From contig NC_042998.1 of the NCBI RefSeq assembly GCF_006345805.1, positions 160,642,001 through 160,706,000 on the forward strand: DNA of 64,000 nt. Direction: 5' to 3'. The notes beneath the pieces are model-generated. The model was not told where the DNA came from. It worked only from the letters and a program-made list of their open reading frames with translations, and ran no database searches. Shown here piece after piece: positions 1 through 13,205 of the stretch. This stretch comes from Octopus sinensis. Its lineage: Eukaryota. Every line of letters starts with the position of its first letter. The first letter of the stretch is position 1. The translations under genes were made by a program, and so were the position numbers.

Positions 1-97
1 ATGTGTACATGTGTATGTGCAAGTATGTGTGTATGTGTGTATGTAAATTTTGCATATATATAATATATATATATAAATCAAATGGAAATTGTAGTTG

Positions 98-421
98 TGA
101 TACCCGTGCTGGTGGCACATAAAAAGCACCATCCGAACGTGGCTGATGCCAGTGCTGCCATTGACTGGCTTCCGTGCCAGTAGCACATAAAAAGCACCAA
201 CTGATCATGGTTGTTGCCAGCCCCCTCTGGCCCCTGTGCTGGTGGAACATAAAAAGCATGCACTACATTCACGGAGTGGTTGGCATTAGGAGGGGCATCC
301 AGCTGTAGAAACACTGCCAGATTGGACTGGAGCCTGGTGCAGCCTCTTGGCTTCCCAGACCCCAGGTGAACCGTCCAACCCATACTAGCATGGAAAACGG
401 ACGTTAAACGATGATGATGAT
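98..421 (+). mobile_element. RTE-type 3' tail element: ~3 hairpin units plus shared terminal tail ending in (GAT)n
   Basis: GGTGGCACATAAAAAGCACC units followed by GAGTGGTTGGCATTAGGAGGGGCATCCAGCTGTAGAAAC...CCAACCCATACTAGCATGGAAAACGGACGTTAAACGATGATGATG, the same tail that ends the RTE copies at 8130 and 27862. Confidence 0.8.
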
Positions 422-611
422 AATATATGGATAATTTACATATATATATATATATATATATATACGTATATATATATAAATTATACATATATATGAATGA
501 AAATATTCTACATACATACATTCACATGTATGTATGTGAATTTTAGCTTTCATACAAATCAGTAATTGCCTTGTTTGCTGATTTCTGTATCAGAATGATT
601 TCAGGTGTTTG

Positions 612-648
612 TCACTGATGAGACCAAATCAATTCAAAACATCAGTGT
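612..648 (+). ncRNA. Decayed minimal hammerhead-ribozyme-like motif (Penelope pLTR type)
   Basis: CA-CTGATGA-GACCAAATCAATT-CAAAACATC-AGTG: CUGAUGA intact; CAAAACATC equals CGAAACGTC with two CpG>CpA changes; short stem I possible; stem II damaged. Confidence 0.4.
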
Positions 649-1052
649 TTGATGATCCACTGATAACATTTTGAGTGAGCTCTTTGTTTTTAACATACTC
701 TTAAGAGAAGTTTCTCTGAGAAATAAAAAAGCTAGTGATGTTCAATATTTGTTTATACATTATGAATATTATACGCTCCATTATTGTATGTTTATTATCA
801 AACTGGATGTGTGATATTTTCACATGTTAATGAAACGTACTTTGAAGTATTCAGTGTTGTTAGCATACAGAATACTCATGCAATGAAAAGTTAAATAAAG
901 TAGGTAGTATTTTACCATAGTCAAATTGAAGATAGGTAGCAAAGACAGATGTTTGAGTTTATGTTAACAGAAAATGAATTAGTGAACTAAGTTTGAGAGA
1001 AAACAGTGAAAATTAAACTATTTGAGTGAAAGAGAGATAGATAGAGATAGAC

Positions 1053-1130
<78 letters not shown>

Positions 1131-1439
1131 ATAAGGCCTTGGGGGCCAAAATGCATTTGGTGCTGTCCCATCTTGATAAATAAGTATGACACGATAGTAG
1201 GAAATTTTTGCCTCTTTACATCTACATACAACAATGTGTACACTCGCACATTTTTCTTTGCCTCTGAGAGACAAAAGGAGAGAGAAAATTAATGCTTTAA
1301 GAAAAACATTGAATTTAAATATGATGTCTATTTTTCAAGATAATAAAAAAAAAAATTTGAAATTTGGATAAGGGTAACTATCGTTAGAACACACTCTAAC
1401 ACATAAAAATAATACATAAAATTTTCAAACCAATGAATG

Positions 1440-1650
1440 AACCTCTATGTGGTTTCTCAGTCTGCTAGAAATAGCAGCCAAATCTCCTTCTAATCACATT
1501 CTACAATCTTAAAAAGGGATACTTGGATAATGTGATTTGGGGTTCTCTACAAATAGGAATATGTTGGGAGGGTCACAGGTAGAATACTTTTGATCAAAGG
1601 TCTGCCCAGTCATGACTGATCAGAGCTAAGCAACAACAACAACAATAATC
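1440..1650 (+). mobile_element. Old SINE-like repeat ending in (AAC)n; related copies near 11370-11585, 52985-53165 and 61240-61435
   Basis: Shared CTGCTAGAAATAGCAGCCAAATCTCC...TTTGATCATAGGTCTG...CTAAACAACAAC motifs seen at four places in the window. Confidence 0.6.
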
Positions 1651-3269
1651 TGAAATTCTGTCATGGAAATAGTTAGGCCATGTCTAATAGTATTTGTAAT
1701 ACAGAACATACTGGCATGATAATAAATCAATTCCCTTTTTAAAAACTGATTTTGCTGTTATACAGCAAACAAAAATGTTAGCTATAATGTTTGATCTTTG
1801 TTGCGTTAATAAATCTAATGTATTACATATTAACCCAGTGTCCCTCTCACTTAAGAAAAGTCATTGACAGGATGTAAGAATCAACAATAACAACTCCATG
1901 ACATCAAGAGGTTTGCTGTCAAGTACTTTATGAAGAAGGTAAATGCTTGGAGTCAAAATTTGCTAAAGTTTACAGCAACTAGTTGAGGTTTCGTTATCAG
2001 GAAAATTTATCTGGTGTGTAAATCAAAATAATCATGAATCATAAAAACTAAAAACACAAAACTCTCATGATGTTGCAAGCAGCAACACAATATCAATAGA
2101 CTTTTAAAACTAGAATCAAGCAGAGAAGAATAAGTTAAAACACTAAAACTAAAAGCCAATAGTTGTATTTGATTTTGGTCATAGTTCACTGGTCAGATTA
2201 GCCAATATCCAGTTTGGTTTCAGCGAATATATATATATCACCAGGTAGTATTAAAGATAGTAAGATGCCATATCTTATTGTAATTTACTGCTGGCTTATT
2301 ATTTGTTGAACACCATCTCTCACAGAGTGGCAGGGTAGATAAATGGTCAATGCTAATATGGTATTTATGTTTGAAGAATTGATAGATATCAACAGCAGTG
2401 CCCCTTCCTGGCCATCAGAGTACAGCAACAAATGAAGAAAATTGTTGCATCTTTTCCAAGAACCATAGCAATTGATAACACATGTGTCACCTTTAACCTG
2501 ACCTGGCTTCAACCCAGTATCTATTGTAAAAGCATTTTCGCTGTTGCTGATTCACCATTATTTGTGTTAGGCGTGCTATTAAAGAAGAGATTGCTAAGGT
2601 GCTGCCTCCGTCAATTAGCAGCAAAGCTATGTTATTTGAATAGATAGTTTAATATTTCCATAAGCAGCCACAAGAACAAAGTTCTGACTAGGTTCTACTT
2701 TATTTAGTGGCGTTTACATACTGTCTGTCCAGACAAGCATTACTAACAATACAGATTAATTCTTTCAGATTTAACCATGTTAAGCTCACAAAAACTGGCA
2801 TTAAATTTGACAATAAAACATTTTGAAATTAATCAATGTATTCTTAAAGTGACAAATATTTCAGCAGAAAGTTCTCAATTTCTATAGGAAATAAAACATA
2901 GCTAGGAGCTAAATTAACAAATCTTTGAAGAATATATTAAAATTATAATTTTAAAAGATAAAAAAAAAGTGCTACAAAATATAGTTTTTTAATGAAATTG
3001 TTTGTTTTATGTTAAAATAGACTCAATGAAATGAATTAATCAGGGTTTTAAAATCTGAAAATAATCTGAGAAATACATTATTGCTGAAGACTGTAACTTT
3101 GGATTTTCTTGTACTGCATTCTTGGAAAATAAATTTCTTTCTTTCCAGGATTTCCATCCTTAATTGATGTATAAGTTTTCTGAGTAAAAAAGAAATTTCT
3201 TCTCCCCAAATTGATGAAAAAAAAAATTCTAATTGTAGATAACTGTTTCAACCAACCATTATAAGCAAT

Positions 3270-3750
3270 CGTGTTTGTGTGTGTGTAATGTGTATGAGGG
3301 AGTATGTGTGTGCATGAGTGAGTATGTGTGTGTATGAGTGAGTATGTGTGTGCATGAGTGAGTATGTGTGTGCATGAGTATGTGTGAGTGATTGTATGCG
3401 TATGTGTGTGTGTATGTGAGTGAATGTATAAGTGTGTATATGAATGATTGTGTGTGTTAGTGATTGTATGTGTGTATGTGTAAGTGTGTCAGCGATTGTG
3501 TCTATGTGTGTAAGTAATTGTGTGTATGTGAGTGTGTATGAGTGATTGTATAAGTATATGAATGATTGTGTGTGAGAGTGATTGTGTGTGAGTGATTGTA
3601 TGTATGTGTGTGAGAGAGAGGGGAGAGAGAGAGAGAGAGAGAGTAATTGTGTGTATATGAGTGACAGTATATTTGTCTATGTGAATGATTGTGTGTGAAA
3701 GACTGTGTGTGTGCATGTGCTTGTGAATGGTTGTGTGGTGTGTGTGAGTA
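3270..3750. repeat. Degenerate (TG)n / GTGAGTGATTGT low-complexity tract
   Basis: Direct inspection. Confidence 0.85.
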
Positions 3751-3915
3751 CAGCCAGATCTTTCAATGTTTACCATGGGCTTCATATCTGAGAAGAGAGT
3801 ACTGACCATCAATGGATATGATGCAAGGTTTTACTGAAGAACAATGATGGGGAGAGAGAAATGATAGGTACCAGCTAGCGCATACAAATATGTACATAAT
3901 TACATATATTATATA

Positions 3916-4822
3916 TGCTGGTGGCATGTAAAAAGCATCATCTGAATGTGGCTGATGCCAGTACCCACTGACTGGCTCCCATACCAGTGGAATGTAAACA
4001 GTACCATCCAAATGTGGCCGATGCCAGTATGCTCTGACTGGCCCAAGTGCCAGTGGCAGTAAAAAGCACCATCCAAACACGGCCGATGCTAGTAGCCACT
4101 GAATGGCTCCCATGCCGGTGGCATATAAAAAGCACCATCCGAATGTGGCTGATGCCAGTACACACTGACTGACTCTCATGCCAGTGGCATGTAAACAGCA
4201 CCATCGGAATGTGGCTGATGCCAGTACCCACTGGCTGGCTCCCATGCCGGTAGCATGTAAAAAACACTATCCGAACATGGCTGATGCAAGTACACACTGA
4301 CTGACTCTCATGCTTGTGACACATAAAAAGCACCATCTGAATGTGGCCGATGCCAGTACCCACTGACTTGGCTCCTATGCCGGTGGCACATAAAAAGCAC
4401 CATCCAAATATGGCCAATGCCAGTACCCACTGACTGGTCCCAGTGCTGGTGGCATGTAAAAAGCACTATGCGAACGTGGCCAATGCTAGTACTCCCTGAC
4501 TGGCTCCCATGCTGGCAGCACGTAAAAAGGACTATCCAAACGTTGCCGATGCCAGTACTTCCTGACTGGCCCCGGTACCAGTGGCATGTAAAAAGTACTA
4601 TCCAAACGTGATCGAGTCCAGGCTCATCTGACTAGCTCCTGTGCCAGTGGCACATAAAAAGCCCCTCTACACTCTCTGAGTGGTTGGCATTATGAAGGGC
4701 ATCCATCAGTAGAAACATTGCTAGATCAGACTGGAACCTGGTGCAGCCACTGGCTCTCCAGACTGCAATCAAACCATCCAACCTATGCCAGCATGGAAAA
4801 TGGATGTTAAACAATGATGATA
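3916..4822 (+). mobile_element. ~66-bp tandem array (about 11 units) followed by the RTE-type terminal tail
   Basis: AAAAGCACCATCC motif recurs every ~66 bp from ~3930 to ~4660, then CTACACTCTCTGAGTGGTTGGCATTATGAAGGGCATCC...GCATGGAAAATGGATGTTAAACAATGATGAT. Confidence 0.9.
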
Positions 4823-5496
4823 TGCATATCTTTATATATATACACATATATGCATACATGTGCACAAACACACACACATGTATACATATATATGCCGGTC
4901 CATAGATTGGTGTGAGTAGTAGTTATACATACATACATACATACACATATATATATATATGCATTCATATCACTCATATACACATGCATATACATGCAAT
5001 GTATGATAATGAAGATATCACATGTAAGCTTTGTTATTTTCCCAATTAGCAAACTACCAGCAGCTCCACCTTCTAGTTAACAGAGTTACAGCTAAATAAT
5101 TTAAGAGGGTTAATGTACTGAATAATATATTAAAAATATCCCAATTAACTGAAATTTTCCATTTAATTGTAGAAAGACAAAGAAAACTAATAATAATTGC
5201 TATTGGCTCTTAAAGAAAAAGGGAGATAGTTTTCAGAAATTAAAAATTTATTTTACAAAAGTTATTTACATGGCTAGGGGTAAGTTTAATCTTCACTGTG
5301 TCATTTGTATGTTATTTTGCTGTATGTGCCAATCAGAATGTTGTAGTCCAGGTCTTAACTATTTAAAATCCAAGCCAATTGGCAGTATAAACATACCATA
5401 AATGTAGCCTGCAAGAGACAATAGTCAAACCTCCCTGAAATTCCATGTCGCCATTTTAAGAAAATGATTCATTATCTTTTCACATTGAAAGTAATG

Positions 5497-5688
5497 AGCT
5501 GGACAAAATGCTGAACAGCATGTCTTCTGGTTTTACATTCTGAGTTCAAATGCTGCCAACAGCAACTATGGCTTTCATCCATTCAGGATCAATAAATTAA
5601 ATACCAGTTGATTACTGGGGTTAATGAATTTAACTTGTACCCCTCTCCCCAAACTTTTTGCCGTTGGGCTAAAATTTTAAAGCATTAT
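5497..5688 (+). mobile_element. SINE family 2, degraded (AAAATGCTTAG / TTCTGAGTTCAAATTC / ATAAGTACCAGTT type)
   Basis: Matches copies at 9044, 13003 and 60697. Confidence 0.7.
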
Positions 5689-5689
5689 A

Positions 5690-6025
5690 TACTCCCATTG
5701 TACTGGCACTCTGTTGGTTATGATGATGAGGTTTCCACTTGATCTGATCAATGGAACAGCTTGCACATGAAATTAATGTGCAAGTGACTGAGCACTCTAC
5801 AAACATGCATACCCTTCACGTAGTTCTCAGGGAGAAGCAGTGTTACACAGAATGTGACAAAGCTGACCCTTTGAAATACAGGCACAACTCATTTTTGCTA
5901 GCTGAGTGGACTGGAGCAATGTGAAATAGAATGTTTGCTCAAAGGCTCAACATGTTGCCAGGAATCAAACTCACGACCTTACAACTGTGAGTCAAGTACC
6001 CTAACCACTAAGCCATGTGCTTTCA
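5690..6025 (-). mobile_element. tRNA-derived SINE with CCTTGAGCAA-type central motif (family 4)
   Basis: Minus strand reads GGCTTAGTGGTTAGGG (box A-like)...GTGAGTTTGATTCCTGG (box B-like)...TTGAGCAA...TTGCTCCAGTCCACTCAGCT; related copies at 31921 and 61775. Confidence 0.75.
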
Positions 6026-6155
6026 CTATTCCAATTGATCTGTGTAAATAAATATATTGTTTTCATTAATTACAGTTTCCTCTTTAATGAGTTGAAAAAG
6101 AACCTTAGATTTTTACAGAGTGAAAGAACTAATCCTGCTGGGGTCAACATCACTT

Positions 6156-6330
6156 TCATCCTTTTAGGTATTTAAGCCTTTCACTCTCTGTGGAGCATAG
6201 GCCATCAATGACATTTCTCCACTGGTTTTGACATTGGGCTGCAATACAGGATGTTGGTTTCTTTAAGGGAGTGGCTTTCCTGAGGGAAGGCCTTCCTCTC
6301 CCAAGTCTTGTTTGTTTTGAATTGTAATTG
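6156..6330 (-). mobile_element. 3' end of a different RTE-like LINE ORF
   Basis: Translation RGRPSLRK...AQCQNQWRNVIDGLCSTES resembles RTE C-termini (GRP...W...AQDR..WR..V.GLCS). Confidence 0.45.
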
Positions 6331-6377
6331 ATGATTCTGTAACTCCACTTTTTTTTGGTATGGGCATTGGCCCTACA

Positions 6378-6590
6378 CACAAACCCATTTTTGGCACATG
6401 TGCCAGTGTCATGCAAAAGATACCCAGCACACACAGTAAAGTAGTTGGTGTTAGGAAGGGCATCTAGCTGTAGAAACCAAACCAAAACAGATGACTGGAG
6501 CTTGGTGCAACTCTCCAGCTTACCAGCTCCAGTCAAACTGTCTAACCCATACTGGCATGGAAAATGGACATTAAATAATGATGATGATGA
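6378..6590 (+). mobile_element. Isolated RTE-type terminal tail
   Basis: GTAGTTGGTGTTAGGAAGGGCATCTAGCTGTAGAAAC...GGCATGGAAAATGGACATTAAATAATGATGATGATG. Confidence 0.8.
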
Positions 6591-6839
6591 AAAGAAGTGA
6601 TCCATATTAATCTGGCTTCTATCATTTAATATGTCCAGTATTAGAGACCCTACTAGGAGCTTGCACTCTGGTGGAGTAGCTCTTAGCATCATTGAGGCAT
6701 ACAAGCCGCTACATTGTAACAGAGTGGACCTTGAGGTGGTCTCATCGTTTGGGATCAATGAAAGAAATTCCAATCAACCTGAATAAAAGAATAAAAAAAA
6801 TATATAAACACACACACATATAAATGAATATATTAAATA

Positions 6840-8132
6840 TAGACAAACCAAAAATCCCTTCAGGTGGATGGCCCTGCTCGATCTGTGGAAAAGGCATAGG
6901 GAGAAACTCCATAAGATGTACCAAATGTAAGCTATGGACACATAAGAGGTGCAGCAATATCACAGGAAGGCTAACTGGGAAGATAGTTTTTATGTGTGGG
7001 AAATTCTCAGGAGCAATAAACACTGAAAATGTGCAGAAAACAGCTTCCATCACATTCCAGGGGGAAAACCTACAAGTAGTTGATAGCTTTCACTACCTAG
7101 GTGACCATGTCAGTAGTGGGGGTGGATGCTCTGAAGGTGTAGCTGCTAGAATAAGAATAGCCTGGGCAAAATTCAGAGAGCTCCTACCTCTGCTGGTGAC
7201 AAAGGGCCTCTCACTCAGGGTAAAAGGTAGACTGTATGACATATGTGTGCAAACAGCAATGCTACATGGCAGTGAAACATGGGCCATGATTGTTGAGGAC
7301 ATGAGTAAGCTTGCAAGGAATGAAGCCAGTATGCTCCACTGGATGAGTAATGCCAATGTGCATACACAACAGAGGGTAACCACCCTGAGAGAAAAGTTAG
7401 ACTTGAGAAGCATCAGATGTGGTGTGCAAGAGAGACGACTGTGCTGGTATGGTCATGTGGTGTGAATGGATGAGGACAGCTGTGTGATAAAGTGTCACAC
7501 TCTAGCAGTAGAAGGAACCTGTGAAGGAGGTAGACCCAGGAAGACGTGGGATGAAGTGGTGAAGCATGACCTTCTAACATTGGGCCTCACCAAGGCAATG
7601 ACAAGTGACTGAGACCTTTGGAGATATGCTGTGATTGAGAAGACCCGGCAAGCCAAGTGAGACCGTAACCATGGCCTATGCCAGTGCAGCATAACCAGCC
7701 CACTTAAGAGTACCCTTCAATAATTGAGCAATAAACTACGCTTGCGAAGACCTGTTGAGGCAAGTGAAATTGTTGTTGTGGCCAATGACAGTACTACCTG
7801 ATTGACACCCATGCCAGTGGCATGTTAAAAGCACCATTTGAATATGATCATTGCCAGTGCTGTCTGACTGGCTCCCGTGCTGGTGGCATTTAAAAAGCAC
7901 CATTCAAGTGTGGTTGATACCAGTACTGCCTGACTGGCACTCATGCCAGTGGCACGTAAAAAGCACCCACTACACTCTCAGAGTGGTTAGCATTAGGAAG
8001 GGCATCTAGTTGTTGAAACTTTACCAGATTGGATTGGAGCCTGGTACAGCCTTCTGGCTTGTCGGTCCCCAGTCAAAATGTCCAACCTATGCCAGCATAG
8101 AAAGCAGATATTAAACGACAATGATGATGATG
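6840..8132 (+). mobile_element. 5'-truncated RTE-clade LINE; ORF2 3' part 6840-7660 with a premature stop at 7463-7465, plus 3' UTR
   Basis: Translation includes PHD-like CSIC..CTKC....H..C, VDSFHYLGD, RIRIAWAKFREL, MLHGSETW, WYGHV and GRPRKTW, typical of the RTE RT C-terminal region; UTR has 2-3 hairpin units and a (GAT)n tail. Confidence 0.93.
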
Positions 8133-8180
8133 ATATATATATAAACATAAATATATGCAAAATATTTATAAATATATACC

Positions 8181-8235
<55 letters not shown>

Positions 8236-8271
8236 ATATATAGATAGATAGATAGTTAGATAGATAGATAA

Positions 8272-8725
8272 GTGCAGGTGTGGCTATATGGTAAGAAAAT
8301 TACTTCCCAATCACAGGGTTCTGGTTCACTCCCAGAGCATGGCACCTTGAGCAAGTGTCTTCTGCTATAGCCTTGGGCCAACCAAAGCCTTGAGAGTGGA
8401 TTTGGTAGACAGAAACTGAAAGGAGTCTGTCATATGTATATATATATATATGTATATATATATTATTATATAATGTTAAATATCATGGAGCCGCAAAGTG
8501 TGCAGCACCGTCGGCTTAGCCAGCGGGGTGACGTCATTTGAAGGCTAAAACAATGCGAAGCGCATTGTGACCAGCAATGTGTAGCAACATCTGATAGCCT
8601 GGTCAGTCACGGTGATCATGGTGATATATATGTATATATATGTATATATATATATATGTATATATTTATGTGTGTATGTGTGTGCTTCTTTGTTCCCCCA
8701 CCATTGCTTGACAATTGCTTACTCT
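8272..8725 (+). mobile_element. tRNA-derived SINE family 1 (GGCACCTTGGGCAAG motif, internal TA/CA microsatellite) with a ~140-bp insertion at ~8485-8625
   Basis: GCAGGTGTGGCTATATGGTAAG head, CCTTGAGCAAGTGTCTTC, GGATTTGGTAGACAGAAACTGAAAG; many copies in the window. Confidence 0.85.
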
Positions 8726-9043
8726 ATTGAAAATGTTTTTATTTTTCAGCCCCTTTGAAATTACTCTTAACCGTGGTTTGGACTTTGACTGTCCCTTTTA
8801 GCATGTAAGGTGTCCTGTTTAGGGTCACCTCTTTTGTGTATAAATGTACACTAATTTTATATATATGTATATATGCATAATATGTCTATAAGGAGATATT
8901 ACTGAATTTCTCGAAATATGTACTATTTCTGATATATATATTATAGTGTATTGTCATATATTATTATGATATGCTATTTTTGTTATTTTGACTTATTGTT
9001 GTTATGCTTTGTATGTTTGTTGTTGTAATATTGTATGAGAAAA

Positions 9044-9250
9044 AGGCAGTGAGCTGGCAGAATTTGTTAGCATGCTGGGCAAAATGCTTAGTGGTATTTT
9101 GTCTGTGTTTGCATTTTCAGTTTTTACCTTTTTTACCTTTCATCCTTTCAGGGTCAATTGAATAAGTACCAGTTAAGTTTCGGGGTCAATGTGATTGTCT
9201 TACCCCTTTCCTTGAAATTACTGACTTTGTGTCAAAATTTGAAACCAATA
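9044..9250 (+). mobile_element. SINE family 2
   Basis: GGCAGTGAGCTGGCAGAATTTGTTAGCATGCTGGGCAAAATGCTTAG...AATAAGTACCAGTT...AAATTTGAAACCAATATT. Confidence 0.85.
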
Positions 9251-9373
9251 TTATGTGGGAATCACTTTTGCAATGTGTCAATGAAATTTCTGTGACATTT
9301 TTTTGATATATTATTATTATAATGCACACACACACGTGCATACACACGCACACACACACACAAAGACACACGC

Positions 9374-9422
<49 letters not shown>

Positions 9423-12400
9423 GACACAAACACACATCAATATTTTTGCATGTATAGACAACTTAAGCATTTTTTCATTATTTACAAACCACATCTCCTC
9501 TATCTGGGTTATTTTTCTTAGAATTTGTAAGAATGTATCAATGCCAGAAAATATGTAAATGAGAGGCATCAGGCATTCACACAAAGTTGAATTGTGTGTG
9601 TGTGTGTCTGTGCATTTGCATATGTGTGTACTTGTGTGTGTGTGTGTATGTGCATTTTTGTCAGTGTGTGTGTGTGTCTGTGTAAATGATTGTTTGTGTG
9701 TGTGTGTGTGAGTTTGCATGTCTGTGTACTTGTGTGTGCATGTGCATGCATGTCAGTGTGTGTGTGTGTGAATGATTATTTGTTTTTTGCTTGTTTGTGT
9801 GTGTGTGTGTGTGCAAGATTTAGGGAATAATCCTCTTCACAGCTAAATTTCATGTAACGCTATGTCAATTGTTTAATGACTAAGATGCTGCTCCTTTATT
9901 TGTTCTTATTTGATATTCAAGAAATGTTCATCCATTTACCAAACTCCTATTTGTTTCCTTCCCCAAGACTCAAGGAATCAATAATCAAACCCCTGTTTGT
10001 TAAGTTGGTGTCAATTATGTGATGCTTGTAGTAAATTTTGAAACACAAAATTTCTAGTTTTAATATTGTTCCATTGTACTGGCACTGTTTTTATTTAATG
10101 CCTGTGTGTGTGTGGGGGGGGGGGGGAGAAGACATAGGCCCCTCCTTCAAAAAGACATTTATTCCTGTGCATGATTGATTTACATGAAATATGATATTTA
10201 CATCAACCATTGCAGTCAATACAAACCATTTCATCTCTCTTACTCTCTTTCTCTCTCTCCCTCAGTCTCATTCACACACACACACACACACAGCTTCACT
10301 CACACACAGACATATACATACAACACAGCAATAGTATCAAAACAAAATATAAGAAATTAGAACCATTCAAGCTAAAAAGCCTCTCTATTATACTTTGTAG
10401 CCTATAAGCAAATAGTGTTGATGTAGAGATAATGTAATTAAGTTTGGAAATTTTCTTTTGACAAATCAAATAAACTGGTTCCAGTAGTTTAACTTGTAAA
10501 TAGTGGTGTGTAGATGCTGCTGCCTATCACATAGCATTTAAGGAGGGGAAAAAATCATCCAATTATTTCAAACCCTACTTAATCATATATGAATAAAAGA
10601 TATTTTATTCATGAATCAAGAGACATTTTTATATGCAACTTCAAGGTATGTTGGAATCATTATGCTAACAGTAATGTAATTCTGTGTTGAATTTCATCTC
10701 TTCAATTAAAAGAACTTTATATTATTTCTTTTCCTGCCTGTCTATTTCCAGCAGTGTTGCATTTCTCAAATGAGAAATATTCCTCACAGCCATATAGCCT
10801 CAAGATGTCATATACAAAAGTTCCAGACATATTTTGAAAGAAAACTTTAAAAATAAATACAGTTATGTAAATCAATGTTCTCAATTAAAAAAAAAGAAAA
10901 AATCTATAAGCTAATGAGGATATTTTAGATTCAACAAAATATATTTTCTTTAAATTATAGAAAACATATGGAATTTAACAATGTGCACAGTTATGAGAGA
11001 CATAGGTGTTGCTTTGAAATTAAATTCATTATCAACAGAAATGAAATATTCTAATAATTGTTGAAGGAAGGACATGGCAATGAAAATATTTGTTTGTCAA
11101 ATATAATATTTTGTTTGTTTCCTCCACAAAACTTTCTGGAATAACTAATGCACCTGTAAATTATTTGCTGATTCGAACTAACAACAGAGCGTCTTCTTAG
11201 TCACTCTGTCTGCTATAAAATAAATCAAAATCTTCCTCAAGTACACAGGGAAAGACTCATTAGGTAATGCATTCTTAGACTAAAAGTAGTAAGGTCACAG
11301 CTAAGATATTTGGTCAGAGACGACCAGAAGCAAAACAATGATAACTATAGTCAACGATATGCCAATAAGAATGCCCATCAAGGGGTACATAACCTGCTAG
11401 AAATAACATTGGAATTTTCTTTAAATTTCACCATACCATTTAAAAAAAAATATTGGTAAATCTAGTCTTAGATGTACTATGTTTGATCAGAAAAACAAAG
11501 GTAAAAGACAAAATGGTCTCACATGCAATGCCTTTGAACATAGATCTGTTAGATTTTGGTTGATTGACCCGGGACTGAACAAAAATTACAGTAAAGGAAA
11601 AGTGAAATAACCAGCATGTTTATTAACAATAGTTTCTTCATAAAAATATATTATAAGTTGACATAACACAAAAAAAATCAAAACTTGTCTTCCAACATTC
11701 AGCACTCCTGTATGTGTAGCAAATTAGTTTAATCTCTGCTATAGCAGAAAGAACCCCTCCAAAGAACCAGCACCACTCTTTGGAAAGGAGCATTGAACAA
11801 CAAAAGGGAATGTATGAATCTTAGCAAAAATTGCAAGATAAAAAAAAAAAACTAAGCTAAAAGACAACAATATAAGAGCAAACAAATACTATTCAAATAG
11901 CAATTTGACAAATGGTAAAATATAGAAGACATTTTGTTATTCATGAAACATGTCTTGCTGCAAGCCTCAGACTTTCTTTTGTAGTAGAAGCAATGGTGCC
12001 ATTAGATATTGCTTACCTCAATATATAGATGATCATTGATAAAATGAACTAATTTATTAATAAACTAAGATTGTTCAAAGACAACATTTCTTTATACGGC
12101 TGTTGATGTTTGTTGCTGGGCATCCCCAATCAGATATATTTCAGCTGACACATGGCACAAATACAACTAATTGAATAAAGCCTTCAGTAGGCATTTCTAA
12201 CGGTGGCTATCCCATCTCTATTATGGAGCATGTCATTCTAAACAGTAGGATTTGAAACATGTAGCTCCAATTTTGAAGTAATGAAGCAATTTGTTAAGGG
12301 AAGTTTGACTGTTATATTAACCAAACTAAGCACCCTTGTTAGCAATAAATGTGTGTGTGTGTATACGTATATGTATATGTGTATGTTTGTGAATATATAT

Positions 12401-13002
12401 ATGTGTGTGTGTGTGTGTGTGTACACTTATATGTACATACATATTTCTATCATTCAAATAAGGCCTTACATAGAAACATACCCAACTTTATTCAATACTG
12501 CTACTATGCTATCTCATACCCAGACTGAGTATTCACAAGCTGCAAGCAAATCTAACAACAGCAGCAATGATAAAAGATACACAAGCTGGAAGAGTAAGGA
12601 GTAGAAAAAACCGTGGTATATTTTAAGTAAAATTATTCAAGGGAAGATAACCCCCTTCAGAAAAGACCACATTTAAATAAAGCAAAAAAAAACAACAACA
12701 AACAAATTAAAATCACTAAATGAACTAATTCTAAAGTGCTTACTGAAATTAGGTGAAGATCTATCATTTTGGCAAACTAATGCTTGTTTATGTGTCCTCT
12801 CTACTACTGGAAAACAGAAGTTTTGAGATCCTGAAGAATTAAAGAAAAACAAACCAATAATAGAAATGCTATCTAGGATGTGGAAAAAAATAAAAATAAA
12901 GTATTGTTGATCTAGATCTCCCTAGATCAACAATGCTTTATTTTTTCTATTTTCCACTTTCAATTATATGGCATTGCATATTGCTTAATATATGCAAGTA
13001 GA

Positions 13003-13205
13003 TAAGGCAGAGAGTGGGCAGAATCATTAGCATATCTGGCAAAATGCTTAGCAACATTTCATCCATCTTCATATTTTGAGTTCAAATTCTACCAAGGCTG
13101 ACTTTGGTCTTTTTGGTGGTGTTAAAATAAGTACCAATGGAATACTGGGGCTGATATAATCAACGTACGCCCTTTCCCGAACTTGCCAAAATTTGAAACC
13201 AATTT
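13003..13205 (+). mobile_element. SINE family 2
   Basis: Same head and tail motifs as 9044. Confidence 0.8.

Noticed and set aside
2230-2650. PAZ-like (FFKHKYHISIDHLSTLPL) or retroviral RT-like snippets
   Set aside because: Short resemblances surrounded by stops in all frames; not supportable
3916-4660. Hammerhead ribozymes in the 66-bp units (CTGATG motif)
   Set aside because: CTGATG is followed by C rather than A, and no GAAA follows the stem
5950-6025. tRNA genes at SINE heads
   Set aside because: Box A/B-like motifs run into SINE bodies and lack a full cloverleaf
10645-10750. Possible 106-bp GTATGT...TTCCAG intron
   Set aside because: Flanking frames close quickly and give no recognisable peptide; needs RNA evidence
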